A stretch of DNA of 63,864 bases, filler included, from Lophium mytilinum (lineage: Eukaryota), in NCBI GenBank assembly GCA_010093605.1. It is 8 parts of 5 records of this genome, joined end to end, with 100 filler letters (N's around TTAATTAATTAA, not from the genome) between each part and the next. Parts side by side here need not be neighbours in the genome. Positions count along the whole stretch, not along the records: positions 39,227 to 60,734 come from MU004197.1; 7 more parts are not named here. One strand, 5' to 3'. The position numbers were made by a program, and so were the translations under genes. Under the pieces are notes generated by a model, which searched no databases, had not been told where the DNA came from, and saw only the letters and a program-made list of their open reading frames with translations. Of the stretch, positions 39,698 through 53,051 are shown one piece after another (positions within the stretch are counted from its first letter, which is position 1; every line of letters begins with the position of its first letter).

Positions 39698-39699
39698 TA

Positions 39700-41820
39700 G
39701 AATTATAGTATAGAAATTAATAAATTTTTAATACTATTTTATTATACCTAAATTAATTATTAGTAAGGCCTTTTATATATATATTAGAGCCTATATACTA
39801 ACTTTTTCTAGTATTTTAGTACTATTATATAAATCTAGCTTATATAATTAATATATAACCTTTAATAATAATACCTAAAGTTCTATAAATCTACTACCTA
39901 CTAAAAAAGGCTAAAAAGAAAGTAGAAAAAGAGTATCTAGTAGTACTATAGTAACTCTATTAAAAATAATATATAAAGAGGCTATAGTAAAGTAGTAGAG
40001 AAATTCTTTTTAAGTTTAAGCTTCTAGAGCTACTATAGTTTAGATTACTAAGAGATTAGATATAGATTTTACTTAAAAGGTAAGAAATAGAAAGAATTAA
40101 CTAGTATATAAGAAAATAGTAAGGCTAAAGGCTATATATAAAACTATAGTAATAGATAAAGTATATATAATATAGAAAGCTTAGATATAAGAGAAAGAAG
40201 TATAATAAGTATAGAAGAAAGAGGTATAAAAGAAAGAAATATAAAAGAAGTACTACTATAATATAGAGGTTAATTTTATACTACTACTACTATTATTATT
40301 ACTACTAGATAGACCTTTTATATTAACTTCTATACTAGCTATACTAACTTAACTAGGTATAGAGAGGGTAGAATTAGTATTACTAGTAATATCTACTAGC
40401 CCTTCTAACTATAATATTATAGTATTCTTCTATCTATATATTAATAAGAAGAAAATAAATAGTAAAGTATTAGATATATAAACATGCTTTAGCCTCTCTA
40501 GTAATAATATTAAACTAGAGCTTAATAAGCTAGTTATAAAGGTATAGACTAATAGTATCTACTAGGTAGAATATACTATTATAAACTATACCGCCGTATT
40601 ATATACTACTAATAGCTAAGGCGGTATTTAAATATATAATATAGAGGACTTCTTAGTATTCTTCTTTAACTAACTATTTATAGTACTTAATATAAAGTAG
40701 ATAGTCTTTCTAAAAAGTATTATAGTAGTACTAATTAAATATAAAGTAGCCTCTAGTATATTACTACTAGCCTTAAAGACTAGGCTAATAGTTATAGAGT
40801 TCTTACTAGCTACTAGTATACTAAGATACTATACTAGAAAGCTACTATAGTAGTATAAGACTACTATAAGTAGAATTAATACTAATAGTAAGACCTAAAT
40901 AGATATTCTATAGTACTAGAAGTATACTAGTAAATAGTATAATAATAATAGTAACTTCTACTTTATAGATAATAGTAAGTACTTTATTATACTTCTAAAG
41001 TAAATAGAGGTATAGAGTAGTACTATATTTTATAGTAAAACTATTATTCTTATACCTCTAGTAAAGCTACTAAAGAAGATTCTAGGTAATAGACCTATTA
41101 CTTCTAAGTACTATTAGCTAGCTAAGATAGTAAGGGTATAGTAGGAGATAAGTACTATAGAGAAGCTTAAGATAATAATAAAGTAGAACTTTAAAATAGC
41201 TAGTATATAGTAGATAATAACTATAGTAGAAAAGTTTATAAACTTATAGTAATAGCTATAGTAGCTTTAGTCTTAGCCTCTATAGTATAGCTATTTTTTT
41301 TATCTACTACTATATTAACTAAATCTATATCTTACTACTAGATATTAGCTATTTCTATATACTCTATTACTAATACTACTACTACTACCTTTTTCTATAT
41401 TAGTACTACTAGCTCTAGTACTACTAGCTTACGCCCTAGCGGCCGCCGCCCTAGCAGCTACCGCCCTAGCGGCTTATTAACTAAAAAGTTTAAGCCTAGT
41501 ATATATAGAGAAGAAGAATATAGATACTCTAGAGGCTTTTTTCTATTAGAAGCTTAATAGTATAAAAAATACTAGTATATACTAGTATTAGTAGTATATA
41601 GCTTAGATAGTAATAGATTAAATATAAAATATAGATTTTCTCTATTAAATAATAAATAGAAGCTTAGAGGCGTATTATAAGGCTATATAGCTAGAAATAT
41701 TAAATAGAATAGCTATAAAGTTTACTAAAAAGCTATATAGATTTAAGTAGCTATACTAGAAGAATAAAGTAGCGTTTAATCTTACTCTACTAGGTAATAG
41801 AAGATAGAGCGCGTAGTAAT
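39700..41820 (+). pseudogene. Unidentified, extremely RIP-degraded coding relic(s)
   Basis: Long plus frame ~40500-41250 interrupted mainly by TAG/TAA; no recognisable domain. Confidence 0.3.
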
Positions 41821-41898
41821 AGATATATACTATCTATCTAATATATACTACCTATAATATATATACTATCTATTAATTAGAGAGTATTTATAGTTTAA

Positions 41899-42158
41899 GG
41901 CTTAAGTATTAGTGCTAGTAAAATATAAAAATATACCTTAATATCTTATAGCTTAAGTATTAGCTATAAGGATTCTATTCTAATATTTTGCGGCTTAAGT
42001 ATTAGTAGTAAGAATTCTATTTTAAGGCTTAAGTATTAGTATAGAGAAAATTTACCCTACGCTAATACTTAAGCCTTAAAATATTAAAATAAGATTCTTA
42101 CTACTAATACTTAAGCTATAAAATATTAGAATAGAATTCTTATAGCTAATACTTAAGC
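41899..42158. repeat. Inverted array of GCTTAAGTATTAG forming a ~210-bp imperfect hairpin
   Basis: Motif forward at ~41900, 41951, 41993 and 42027, reverse at ~42062, 42105 and 42146; 41951-42050 pairs with 42051-42158 with one small indel. Confidence 0.85.
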
Positions 42159-42369
42159 CTTAGGTTAGATTATATATAGAGTATATATAAAATAGAAAGA
42201 CTACCTAGGGATAGAATCTATTACTTTATTATATTTTAGTAAATATTAGGTCTAAATTATATAAATAGATAGCTAAATTATATATCTAGATGCATATATT
42301 TATATCTATGTACTAGATATATAGAAATATTAGTTAGTAGTAATAAACTTTTAAAGTTATAGTTATAGT

Positions 42370-45300
42370 TTCTAAGTATATAGTTAAATAGGCTTAATTC
42401 TCTACTTCTTTCTTCTAGTATAACTAGCTCTAGGCTTTAGAGCCCGCTTAAATACTACTATATCTCCTATAGTATTAACCTATATATAGTACTTACTTTA
42501 ACCCTATATATACTATATTTACTATCTAGATTATTATTAGTATAGAAATTAATATTATACTAATAATAGCCCCCTATAGATATATTCTAGGCGTACTCTA
42601 GATATATACTATAGGCTAGGCCTACTTAATTCTAGCTATATTAGCCGTTAATAAGCTCTATATAGGCGAGCTTAGCGCAGTAAAAGTATTCTTAGAGGGC
42701 TATAGTAATAGTAGAGAAGCTAAGAGTAGTAGTAAGGTTATTAGTATACTAAAAGTATAAGAAATATAAGTATATATTATAGCTTATATATATATTTATA
42801 CTAGAGGACTTATAGTTATAATTAAAAGTAAATTAAGTATTAAGTATAAGGCTAAATATATTAAACTATATAGACCCCTTACTTATATATCTACTTCTAC
42901 TAATACTTCTATACTTATTTCTAATAAGTTACCTCTATTTAAAAAGTTATTATTCTAATAACTTAATAGAAGAACGCTTATAGTTTTAAAATATAGAGGT
43001 AAAGAATTATAGAGTAGAAATAGTAACTAGAATTACTAGGTAAGAGTTATTATATAGAGAAAGTATAGATCTAACTATAATTACTTAAAGGTAATTAAGT
43101 AGCGCTCTAGTACTTTCTATTAATTACTGCATTAATATTAATATTTAAGTCTTATACTTCTTTAGCTTACCTAACTTTAGCTCCGCTGCTATTCTTTTAT
43201 TATCTATTATCTATAAGGTATATTTAGAGCGTTATAGATTATTAGTCTTTAGAATACTTATAAGATTTTTACTTAGTATACTTTTACTAGCTATATCTAC
43301 TTTTGCCTGCGCTAGTATAATTTTCTAATTATTAGTTTTTAGAATAATATTCTTACTTAGTATACCCTTACTAGCTATATCTACTTTTATCTATACTAGT
43401 GTAATTTTCCCTTACTACTTAATACTTAGAGTAGCTTATTCTATACTATCTTTCTTAGCCTTCTTAAGCTTTCTTACCTCCCGCTTTTTCTAGATAATCT
43501 TACCTTTATCTAGAGTAGCTTAAATAGGGTTCTTTAGAATAATATTAGTATCTAGTAGATTAGCTTTACTATTATTATTCTCTAGAGGTATAAGCTTAAT
43601 ACTATAACTATATAAGGCGCTATTATTATTACTTAAGTTATTACTTAAGCTGCTACTAGCGGTATTACTATTAATATTAATAGTATATTTAGTAGTATTA
43701 ATATTAGTAGCTTCTTTAAATATATTTTTTACTATTTATTAGACCTTTATCTATAAAGACCTTAATAATACTATTAAAATTTCTTAGGGCCTAACTAATA
43801 CTATTAGAGATTTCTAGAGCCTAACTAATGCGCAGGAACCTAACACTAATACTATAGTTAGCGGGAATTACCTTACTAGTAGTAATAGTAACGGCGCCTT
43901 TTTAGTAGGTATTAGCTTTTATACTTTTAATAGTCTAGCTTCTAGCTTTACTATCTCTTCTACTAATACTAGCTTTAGTAACACGCGTATTAGGTTCTAC
44001 TTAGAGAGTATATTAGCTTATTTTATTCTAACTTTATAGTTAAGATTACTAGCCTCTATATACCTCTATTAGAAAAAAGTAGATAGAGGCTTTAAGAATA
44101 CTACTAGAATGCTATTAATAGATATATTATCTTATACTATAGTATATATAACCTTCTATAGCTTTATAACTACTTTCTAGTTATATATATTTATAGAGAA
44201 TATATTAAAAAAGTAATTACTATTCTCTAGTAGTAGCTTAAGTTCTACTTTTTAAGCTATATTAGCGTGCCCTACTAACTTAATAAGCGCGTTTCTTATT
44301 ATTTCTTTCTCTTAAGTAAGTAAGTTAGGCCTAACTTACTATATTAATTCTATAAAGTATTATATTAAAGCTATTAACTATAATACTATTACTATATTCT
44401 ATATAGTAGACTTTAGATTATTAGTAATTAATATAAATAACTATATTCTATAATTATATCTTACTTATATAATCTTATTTAGCTTTACCGCGCTCTAAAA
44501 TATAGCTATCTTACTAGTTAGTAGAAAGTTAGGCTTTTTATTAATATTAGTAACCTGCATCTTCTTTTTTTTCTTAGCTAGCTCTATCTATAACTTATTA
44601 ACTTCCTAATAAAGCTCTTTAAGCTTCTTATTAGCCTTCTCTATTACTTCTTTCTATAATAGTTTTAACTTCTTTTTTATCTTTTCTAGCTCTATTTATA
44701 GGTTCTTAATCTCTTTATAAAGGGTTTTATTTACGCCTCTTACTATTATAAGCTCTAGCTTAAGCCTAGTATAGCTAATTCTATAGCTATAGCTTAAGTA
44801 AAAAAGTATAATATACTTCTCTATAATAACTCTAGCCTAGTTATAGTTAAATTTATTAAGAACCGCTTTATTACTAATAATTCTATTAACGCCTACCTAG
44901 AGCTTAATATTATCTACCTTATTACTACTAGACTTCTTTTTCTAATTAAAATTAATTAGGCGCTTTTATTTTAATATCTATATATATTAGTCTAGGGCGT
45001 CTAAATATTTCTAGTTACGCTTTTTTATTTCTTTATCTATAACTATATAGTTATAGAATATATATATACTAGATACTACTATAGTATAAAAGTTATTAAC
45101 TATCTATTACTATTTAATAGAGTCTACCTAAAAACTCTTACTAGGCTTAGTATATAGAATATTACTACGCGGCTCTAGAGCTTCTAGATCTTACTAGCGC
45201 TAGTTACTACTAGAGTACTTTCTAATAGTAATATTTAGCCCTACTATTCTACCGGGTATATTCTTTATACCTTTAGTACTATCTATCTACTAGATAGCTT

Positions 45301-45415
45301 TATCTATTTAATTAAGGGCGTCTATAGCCTAAGCTTTAGTAGTAAAGTCTATAGCTATTATATTATATATATTATAGCCTAATATATTAAGTATATTATT
45401 ATATAACTTATTAGT
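42370..45415 (-). pseudogene. Unidentified RIP-degraded minus-strand gene(s) with charged coiled-coil-like region
   Basis: Extended minus frames with RIP-type stops and a K/E-rich segment at ~44560-44760; no domain recognised. Confidence 0.3.
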
Positions 45416-45417
45416 AG

Positions 45418-46748
45418 TATTATTATTATTAAATTCTATTATACTAGTATAGCTCCCGTTAGGGTCTATATAGCTATTCTATCTAGGCTAATTTATAAGG
45501 GGAAACTATTTACTACTAGGTAGTATTTAGGTAAAAACCTTATCTTCTATTATATCTAGTAATAGGCGCCCTTCTTTTTTATATTTTACTATAGGGGATA
45601 TATAGTAGATCTATAAAAACTACTATAGAATAAGCTATTAAGATATATCTTTTTATATCTATCTAGAAAGGTTTATTATTATTCTTCTAGGTTTAGGCTA
45701 AGTAGAATCTAGATATAAGGCTAGTATAGAATTAGTATAAGGGCCTATATATAAGTAGTGCGCTTATAGGGCCTTTATCTAAGATAATAAGATAAAATAA
45801 ATAGTAGCTATATAGGCTATTAGAGATAGAAAGGCTATATAGTATATAGATAGTATATAGTAGAGGTATATAGAAAGTATATAGTTTATAAATAGGCTAT
45901 TATTTTATAGGCGGGCTATAAGAGTAGAAGGGCTATAAGTAGCTATATAGAGTTTATAGCTATAATAGTAAGTATAAGTCTCTATAGTATAGCTAATAAC
46001 TATAGATAGGCTAAAAGTATAGAGTATATAGTTTATAGTCTATAAATAGAAAGTATATAGCTATTTATAGTAAGTATAAGCCTTTATAGTATAACTAACT
46101 AATAGTAAAAGAAAGAGAGCCGCGTATATATACTATTATAAAGTAGATAGGCTATTTAGAAATAGAAGGGCTATAAAAAATAGAAAGTATATAGAAAGTA
46201 TATATTATAAAGTATATAGTAGAGACCTAAAGCTAACTATCTATACTAAGTACTAGTTAAAAGGGGGCGCTAAGGCCCGCTATAGTATAGTTAGAGGGTA
46301 GTAGTAAGGCTATAGGTAATAGTAAGACTATAGATAATAGTAAGGCTACTAGTAATAGTAAGGCTATTAGTTATAGTAAGGCTATAGGTAATAGTAAGAC
46401 TATAGTTTATAGTAAGGCTATAGGTAATAGTAGAGCTATAGTATTAAGTAAAAGGGCTAGGTCTACTTTCTTTCTATCTTTCTTACTATTAAAAGGTAGA
46501 GTAGTAGGTCTATTCTTTATAGAAACTATCTAGCTACTATTTTAAATTTCTTTTTACTTTTATATATTTTCTTATATATCTAAGTCTTTACTTTTTTAAA
46601 TAGTTTACCTCTACTCTCTATATACCTCTTATAGTTTATTACTATATAGTATAGTAATTAGAGGCTATACCTATAAAGATAGGCTAGTATTAGATAGCCT
46701 AGTATCTATATATAGTATAGATATCTATTAAGTTCTATATACTCTATT
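45418..46748 (-). mobile_element. Tad1-like LINE copy A (3' end: C-terminal CCHC region, 3' UTR, tail), interrupted by Gypsy 4
   Basis: Colinear with ~46830-48146 but more RIPed; (TAA)n tail at 45418-45430. Confidence 0.88.
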
Positions 46749-46813
46749 TATTATAGTTATAGTATAGAGAAGCTTAGTAGTATAAAGTAACTAGATTAAA
46801 TTTAAGAGGTTAT

Positions 46814-49800
46814 TTATTTATTTATTTATTAAATTCTATTACGCTAGTATAGCTTCTGTTAGGGTCTATATAGCTATTCTATCTAGGCTAATTTATAAGG
46901 GGAAACTGTTTACTACCGGGTAGCGTTTAGGTAAAAACCTTATCCTCTATTATATCTAGCGTTAGGCGCCCTTCTCCTTTATATTTTACTATAGGGGATA
47001 TATAGTAGGTCTATAAGAACTACTATAGAATAAGCTATTAAGATGCGTCTTTCTATATCTATCCGGGAAGGTTTATTATTATTCTTCTAGGTTCGGGCCG
47101 AGTAGAATCTAGATGCGAGGCTAGTATAGAATTAGCGTAAGGGCCCGCGTATAAGTAGTATACTTGCGGGGCCTTTATCTAAGGTAATAAGGTAAAATAA
47201 ATAGTAGCTGTATAGGCTATTAGAGATAGAAAGGCTATATAGTATATAGGTAGTATATAGTAGAGGTATATAGAAAGTATATAGTTTATAGGTAGGCTAT
47301 AAGAGTAGAAGGGCTATAAGTAGCTATATAGGGTTTATAGCTATAGTAGCATATATAAGCCTCTATAGTATAGCTAATAGCTATAAAAGGGCTAAAAGTA
47401 TAGAGTATATAGTTTATAGTCTATAATTAGAAAGTATATAGCTGCTTATAGTAAGTATAAGCTCTTATAGTATAACTAACTAATAGTAGAAGAAAGAAAG
47501 CCGCGTATATATACTATTATAAAGTAGGTAGGCTATTTAGAAATAGAAGAGCTATAAGAGATAGAAAGTATATAGAAAGTATATATTATAGAATATATAG
47601 TAGAGACCTAAAGCTAACTATCTATACTAAGTACTAGTTAAGAGGGGGCGCTAAGGCCCGCTATAGTATAGTTAGGGGTAATAGTAAGGCTATAGGTAAT
47701 AGTAAGGCTATAGGTAATAGTAAGGCTATAGGTAATAGTAAGGCTATAGATAATAGTAAGGCTATTAGTAATAGTAAGGCTATTAGTTATAGTAAGGCTA
47801 TTAGTTATAGCAAGGCTATAGGTAATAGCAGGGCTATAGTATTAAGCGGGAGGGCTAGGTCTACTCCCTTTCTATCTCTCTTGCTATTAAGAGGTAGAGT
47901 AGCAGGTCTATTTTCTATAGAAACTACCTAGCTACTACCTTAGGTTTCTTTTTACTTTTATATATTTCCTTATATATCTAAGTCTTTACTTTCTTAAATA
48001 GTTTGCCTCTACCCTTTATATGCCTCTTGTAGTTTATTACTATATAGCGTAGTAATTAGAGGCCGTGCCTGCAGGGGCAGGCTAGTATTAGGTAGCCTAG
48101 CACCTGCATATAGTATAGGTATCTATTAAGCCCTATATACTCTATTTATAGGTTTATAAGAATAGTACTTTTAACCTTTATAAGCCCTTTATATATAGTC
48201 TTCTATTATTTACTCTATTTAGTATTAAGGGCCGGCGTTAGTAGCCCGCGCTATTCTATTTTATAAAAGGACTTCTATACCTTCTTCTATCTTTCTTTAT
48301 ATTTATATTTAATTGTAAATCGCCTTAAGCGCTTATAGGCTTTATCTAATTTATCTTTATACCTAGTGTATAACCTTATAGCCTTTACTGCAAGGTTGCG
48401 GAGTATATTACAGCGGCTAGAGCTATACTTTAGCCTTATAAGTAGCCTATAGTAGGTGTAGATTTCCTATTATATATTACTGCATGCTATTTTAATATAC
48501 TAGCGTGCTAGCCCTTTACGCGTATAGTCTATATAAGCTACTATAAGTTTCTCTAGTTTTAGCTAGAGTAGTAGGCATAATATTTTATATTCTAGTACTA
48601 TAGTGCTTATAGTCTTATAGGCCTCTAAGATTCTCTAGAGGTATTAGTTCTAGGTTATTTTAAGCTACTTAATTTTTATCTTACTAAGCTACTCTAGCAT
48701 ACCTAGTATAGTATACTAGGTAGTGCATCTATATATAATAGCAGGCTAGACTACTACTAAGTATATTAGGCGTGCTTTTCTAAAGCTAGCGCCCTAGATA
48801 GATGCTATAAGCCGTATAAGTGCCCCTATCTAGGTTATAGCTTTATTCTTTATAATACTAATATGCGGGCCCTATTTAAGCTTTAAGTCTACCTATATCT
48901 TTAGTACTCTTAGGTCTATTATAGGGCCCTCTATAAAGCCTTATATATTAACTATAGCTCTTAGATTAACTTCTTTATAGGCTTTTATAAAGTATATTAG
49001 GTAATATTTATCTAGTATAAATACTACGCTATACTTTCTTACCTATTCTATGCATCTATTATAGGCTCTCTTAATAGCCCTATAGTTTACCTCTATAGTT
49101 CTACTATATATAAAAATATTTATATTATCTATAAATCTATAGGCCGTTATATTACTATTCTAAAGGGTTAGTAGTAGTATACTAGTAAAGAAGAGAAAGA
49201 GAATAGGTAATAGGGAGGAGCCCTATAGAATATCTATAGTAACTATAATTAGTTCTACTATATAGCTTTCTATAGAGAGCCTAGTTATATAGTCTTATAG
49301 AAAGAACCTAGTAAACCTTATTATCTACTCTAGTATACTCTAGACCTATAGGTTATATATTATTTATTTATATAAGACTTAATTAAACACTCCTAATATA
49401 TCTAGGCTAAAAAGTAATACTATAAGCTGTAGGTTTCCTTTCTATATAGTATAGATTTATTCTATAAGAAGTTTAAGTACTATCTATATAGAGCGTTCCG
49501 GCTGTACCCCTATTTAGCTAGGTAGTAGCATGCCCTTTTTCTCTACTATCTTAGAGAGCCTCTTAGCTATAATGTATTTAAATAGCTTACCTATTATTTC
49601 TAGCAGTATAATAGGCCTATAGGCTTTTACTATTATATAGAATACTTTCTAGAGTTTATATAGAACTACTATAATTAATTCTTTAAACAGGTAGAGGTAG
49701 TATCCTCTATATAGGTACTTTATAAAGAAGTAGGTAAGTACTAGTACTAGTTGTATCTTATACTTCTTTAGAAATCTATTTATAATTTCTATAATTCTAG

Positions 49801-52800
49801 AGGCCTTATCTAGCGTAATTTCTATTAGTACTAAGAGTACGTCTTCTATAGTAACTTCTATAGAGGTAGTATATAGTTCTAGGTATTAGAACCCTTCTAG
49901 ATTAAATAGGTTAGCTTCCGCCGGTAGTAGAAAGAACTATTTAGTAAGTATGCGTGCTTTTATCTTATTATCTATATGCAGGGTAGAGTTACCTAGCTAG
50001 AAAAGGGGGGGAAATTAAGAAGGGGGCCTTAATTCCTTTCTAACTATACGGCCCTATTTAGCTAGTTTCTATGCCTCTTTAGAGTTATTTATTACCTTCT
50101 CTACTATATAGTACTATACCTTAGTACTCTCTTTCTATATAGCTTTTTTCTTATAGTTATACTAGATCTAGTATAATATCTAGTCCTCTATAGAGTATAA
50201 TAAGCGCTATATTCTATACGCCCGCCTAGTCTTATATACCTCCTCTAAGCACTCCTTAGTCTAAAATAGTAATGCGTGCTATAAGGGCCGTGCTATTAGT
50301 ACTATAGTATTAATAGTAATTTTAATAAGTTAGTAGAGAATACGTATAAAGTTATCTAGGTCTTCTTCTTCTTTATTATCTAGGGGGTTATTCTAGTTTT
50401 CTAGCTTAACTAGCTAGGCTATAAGGTGCTTCTATATATCCTTCTATATAATATTCTTCTATAGCCAGCGTAGGGGCTATTTAGTTACTAGTAGTAGTAT
50501 AATATTAAATTCTATATATATAAGGCAGTAGTTTAAGTAATAGTTTTACTCCTCTTAAACTATATAGAATATTATATATTCTATTAGCTATTTAGATATA
50601 AATATAAGGTTAATTATAGTCTACTATATTTTTCTTACCTACGTTTCTATGCCCTCCTCTATAGCTAGGGTTAGGTCTGCTTCTATTATAATGCAAATAA
50701 GCTTCTTAGCTTACTCTTCTATACTAATTACCTATATTCCTCCCTAGAATAGGTAGTATAGGTTTATATTACCTATAAGTATATACTCTACCTTCTTATA
50801 TAGTATAGGGGGTAGTATAGCTATAATTCTATATAGCTTTAGGTTATAGATATTATAAATTTAAATATCCTCTNNNNNNNNNNGAGAAAGTAATAAGGTC
50901 TAGTAAGTAGTACTCTATAGTCTATTAGCCTAGGTTTAGGCACTTATTAATATATATATATATTCTAGCTTTTAGGCTTTCTCTATATAATAGGTAGTAT
51001 AATTTTATATATAGTAAGGTATATTTCTAGATATTCTTCTATAGTTCTTATATAGCTAGCACTAATAGCTAGGGCTAGGCCGCCTCTATCTTTTTAAGGA
51101 ACTCCCTTTAGGTCTCTTAGCTCTTATTAATATTATATTATATAATAGTAAGTATATTAGGTTGCCCTAATATTAGATATCTATAGAGTCTTTAGAGTTA
51201 TTTATTATAGTCTAGCTAGCCTTAGTATAGAGCTAATAGCTCGCTACCTCTTTTTTCTAGGTAGATAGCATCTAAGTTACATTAAATTGCGATAGTCCAG
51301 CGTTATTACTATAGGTTATTATCTAAGAGTAGTATAGCGTTTTATAGGTAGGCTGCAGGGTTCTATAGAAAGGCTACGGGCTATTATAGTAAGGCTGCAG
51401 GTTATTATAGTTAGGCTACTACGTTAAATAGAAAGTATATATTAATTAGGTAGTCTATATAGTATAGGTAGACTATAGTACTCTATTTATCTTTAGTTAT
51501 TTTAGGTTCTTATACGCGGTAAATATAGCGGATATAGGGGGGCGTTCTACTCTTCTTAGAGTGCTGCTATCTAGTGCGTTGCTATTCTTAGTAGCCTTTC
51601 TTTTTCTACTTACCGCGTTAAGAGCTTATAATTCTATTATAGATTAGAATATTACTATGCCCAGCGTATTATTAGTATTATTATTAGGGCTATTATTAGC
51701 CCTATAGTGGGTTAGTGCTGCCTACCTCTTTATATTAGCTTTTAGTTAAGTATTCTTTCTTATAGTACACGCCGCACTATATAATAGATAGCTTCTCTTA
51801 TAGTTAGTATACTTTCTAATACTCTCCTCTATGCATTATCTTATATTATAAGCTTCTGCGCACGCCGCGTATACCGCCTTCTTTTTATAGTATCTAGCAA
51901 CGTGCCTATAGCCCTAGTATTAAAAGTATTAGGTAGCTATAAAGCCTACCTTATACTTTATAGCCTCTAGTATATATCTATTCTATGCTAGCCCGCTATC
52001 TATAATCTTATTTACTATTACCTCTATATCTATAGTAACTATAGCTAATAAGGCACACTATTTAGGGTTATTTCTAATAGCCTAGATCTAATTTAGGTGC
52101 TTCTACGTAATTTTATATATAGCTAGGCCTAGGTATAGTACCTTATTATCTTATATAATACTACTTTATAGCGTTAGGTTCTCTAGGTCTATTTCTTTAG
52201 GTACTCTATGCACCTCTAGAAGGACCTTAGGTAGTTAGATTTATACTATTTTATCTAGAACCTTTATCTATTCCTTCTTCTTTAATAGGGCTTTCTTAGT
52301 AGTTGCGTCTAGCATATAGGCCTTTACATCTCTACTCTAGAGCTTTCTAATGCTATAAATCTTTATTATATTAGGCTCTTCTACTACTTAGAGCTTATAG
52401 GTAATAGTTATATTTAAGTTCTTATTTATTGCGGCGTGTTTCTTCTTATCCTTAATATATATAGTAATTTTATAGGTAGTCTATATTATATACTTTCTAT
52501 TTTCTATAGTCTTACTATTTCTTTCTACTACCGCCACCACTGCGTAGGTTATTTCTTATATAGATAGCGCCTATACGCCCTTCTATATTTCCTCTATTAT
52601 CTTTATTATTTTTCTCTATAGTGTTTATTATAGGTCCTCTATAGTGCCTAAGAGGCTAGCTAGTATACACCCGGTAAAGTTCTAGAGGTGCTTAAGGGCG
52701 TTATTTATCTTAGGGTTAAAGAATATAGGCTTATTCTATAGGGAGTTCTATATACTATAGGCTTCTTTAATAAGCGCTTAGACGTTAGTATAGACGTTCT

Positions 52801-53051
52801 ACTTAGTCTTTAGTTAGTAGGTTTAGTTTTAGGGTTGTTATTAGTATTATTAGTAGTATTATTATTATTATTATTATTATTAATAATGCTGCATAATAGG
52901 GGTTATAATGTGTAATTCTACTATAACGCCGCTAGCACTACTTATAGAGCTCTAATACTGCGTATAAATATTTATAGGGCCTTAAGTAGCCTCTAGAGGC
53001 CCTTCTTAGGTTGTATTTCTAAGGTGCTGTAAATTTAATTATATTATATCT
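46814..53051 (-). mobile_element. Full-length Tad1-like LINE copy B (~6.2 kb): ORF1 gag-like with 3 zinc knuckles; ORF2 APE endonuclease-RT-CCHC
   Basis: Zinc knuckles ~51765-51935; endonuclease IGNINLYY (=GDMNLHH) ~50760; *GSSLLPILFLF ~49190-49226; RFIDNINI (=GFVDD) ~49115-49138; ACPCRHGL...H...C ~48030-48080; (TAAA)n tail; TSD ATYTAAGAGGTTAT at 46800-46813 and 53052-53065. Confidence 0.93.
47678..47840. repeat. 18-bp minisatellite in LINE 3' UTR (also 46300-46440)
   Basis: (AAGGCTATAGGTAATAGT) repeated about 8-9 times with variants. Confidence 0.85.

Noticed and set aside
39227..45885. Long terminal inverted repeats (39227-39690 vs 45425-45885) of a DNA transposon
   Set aside because: Both arms are 3' ends of the same LINE family inserted in opposite orientations, each with its own tail.
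52845..52890. (TAA)n microsatellite (also 62276-62330)
   Set aside because: Best explained as a RIPed poly-CAA (polyQ) tract at the start of LINE ORF1.
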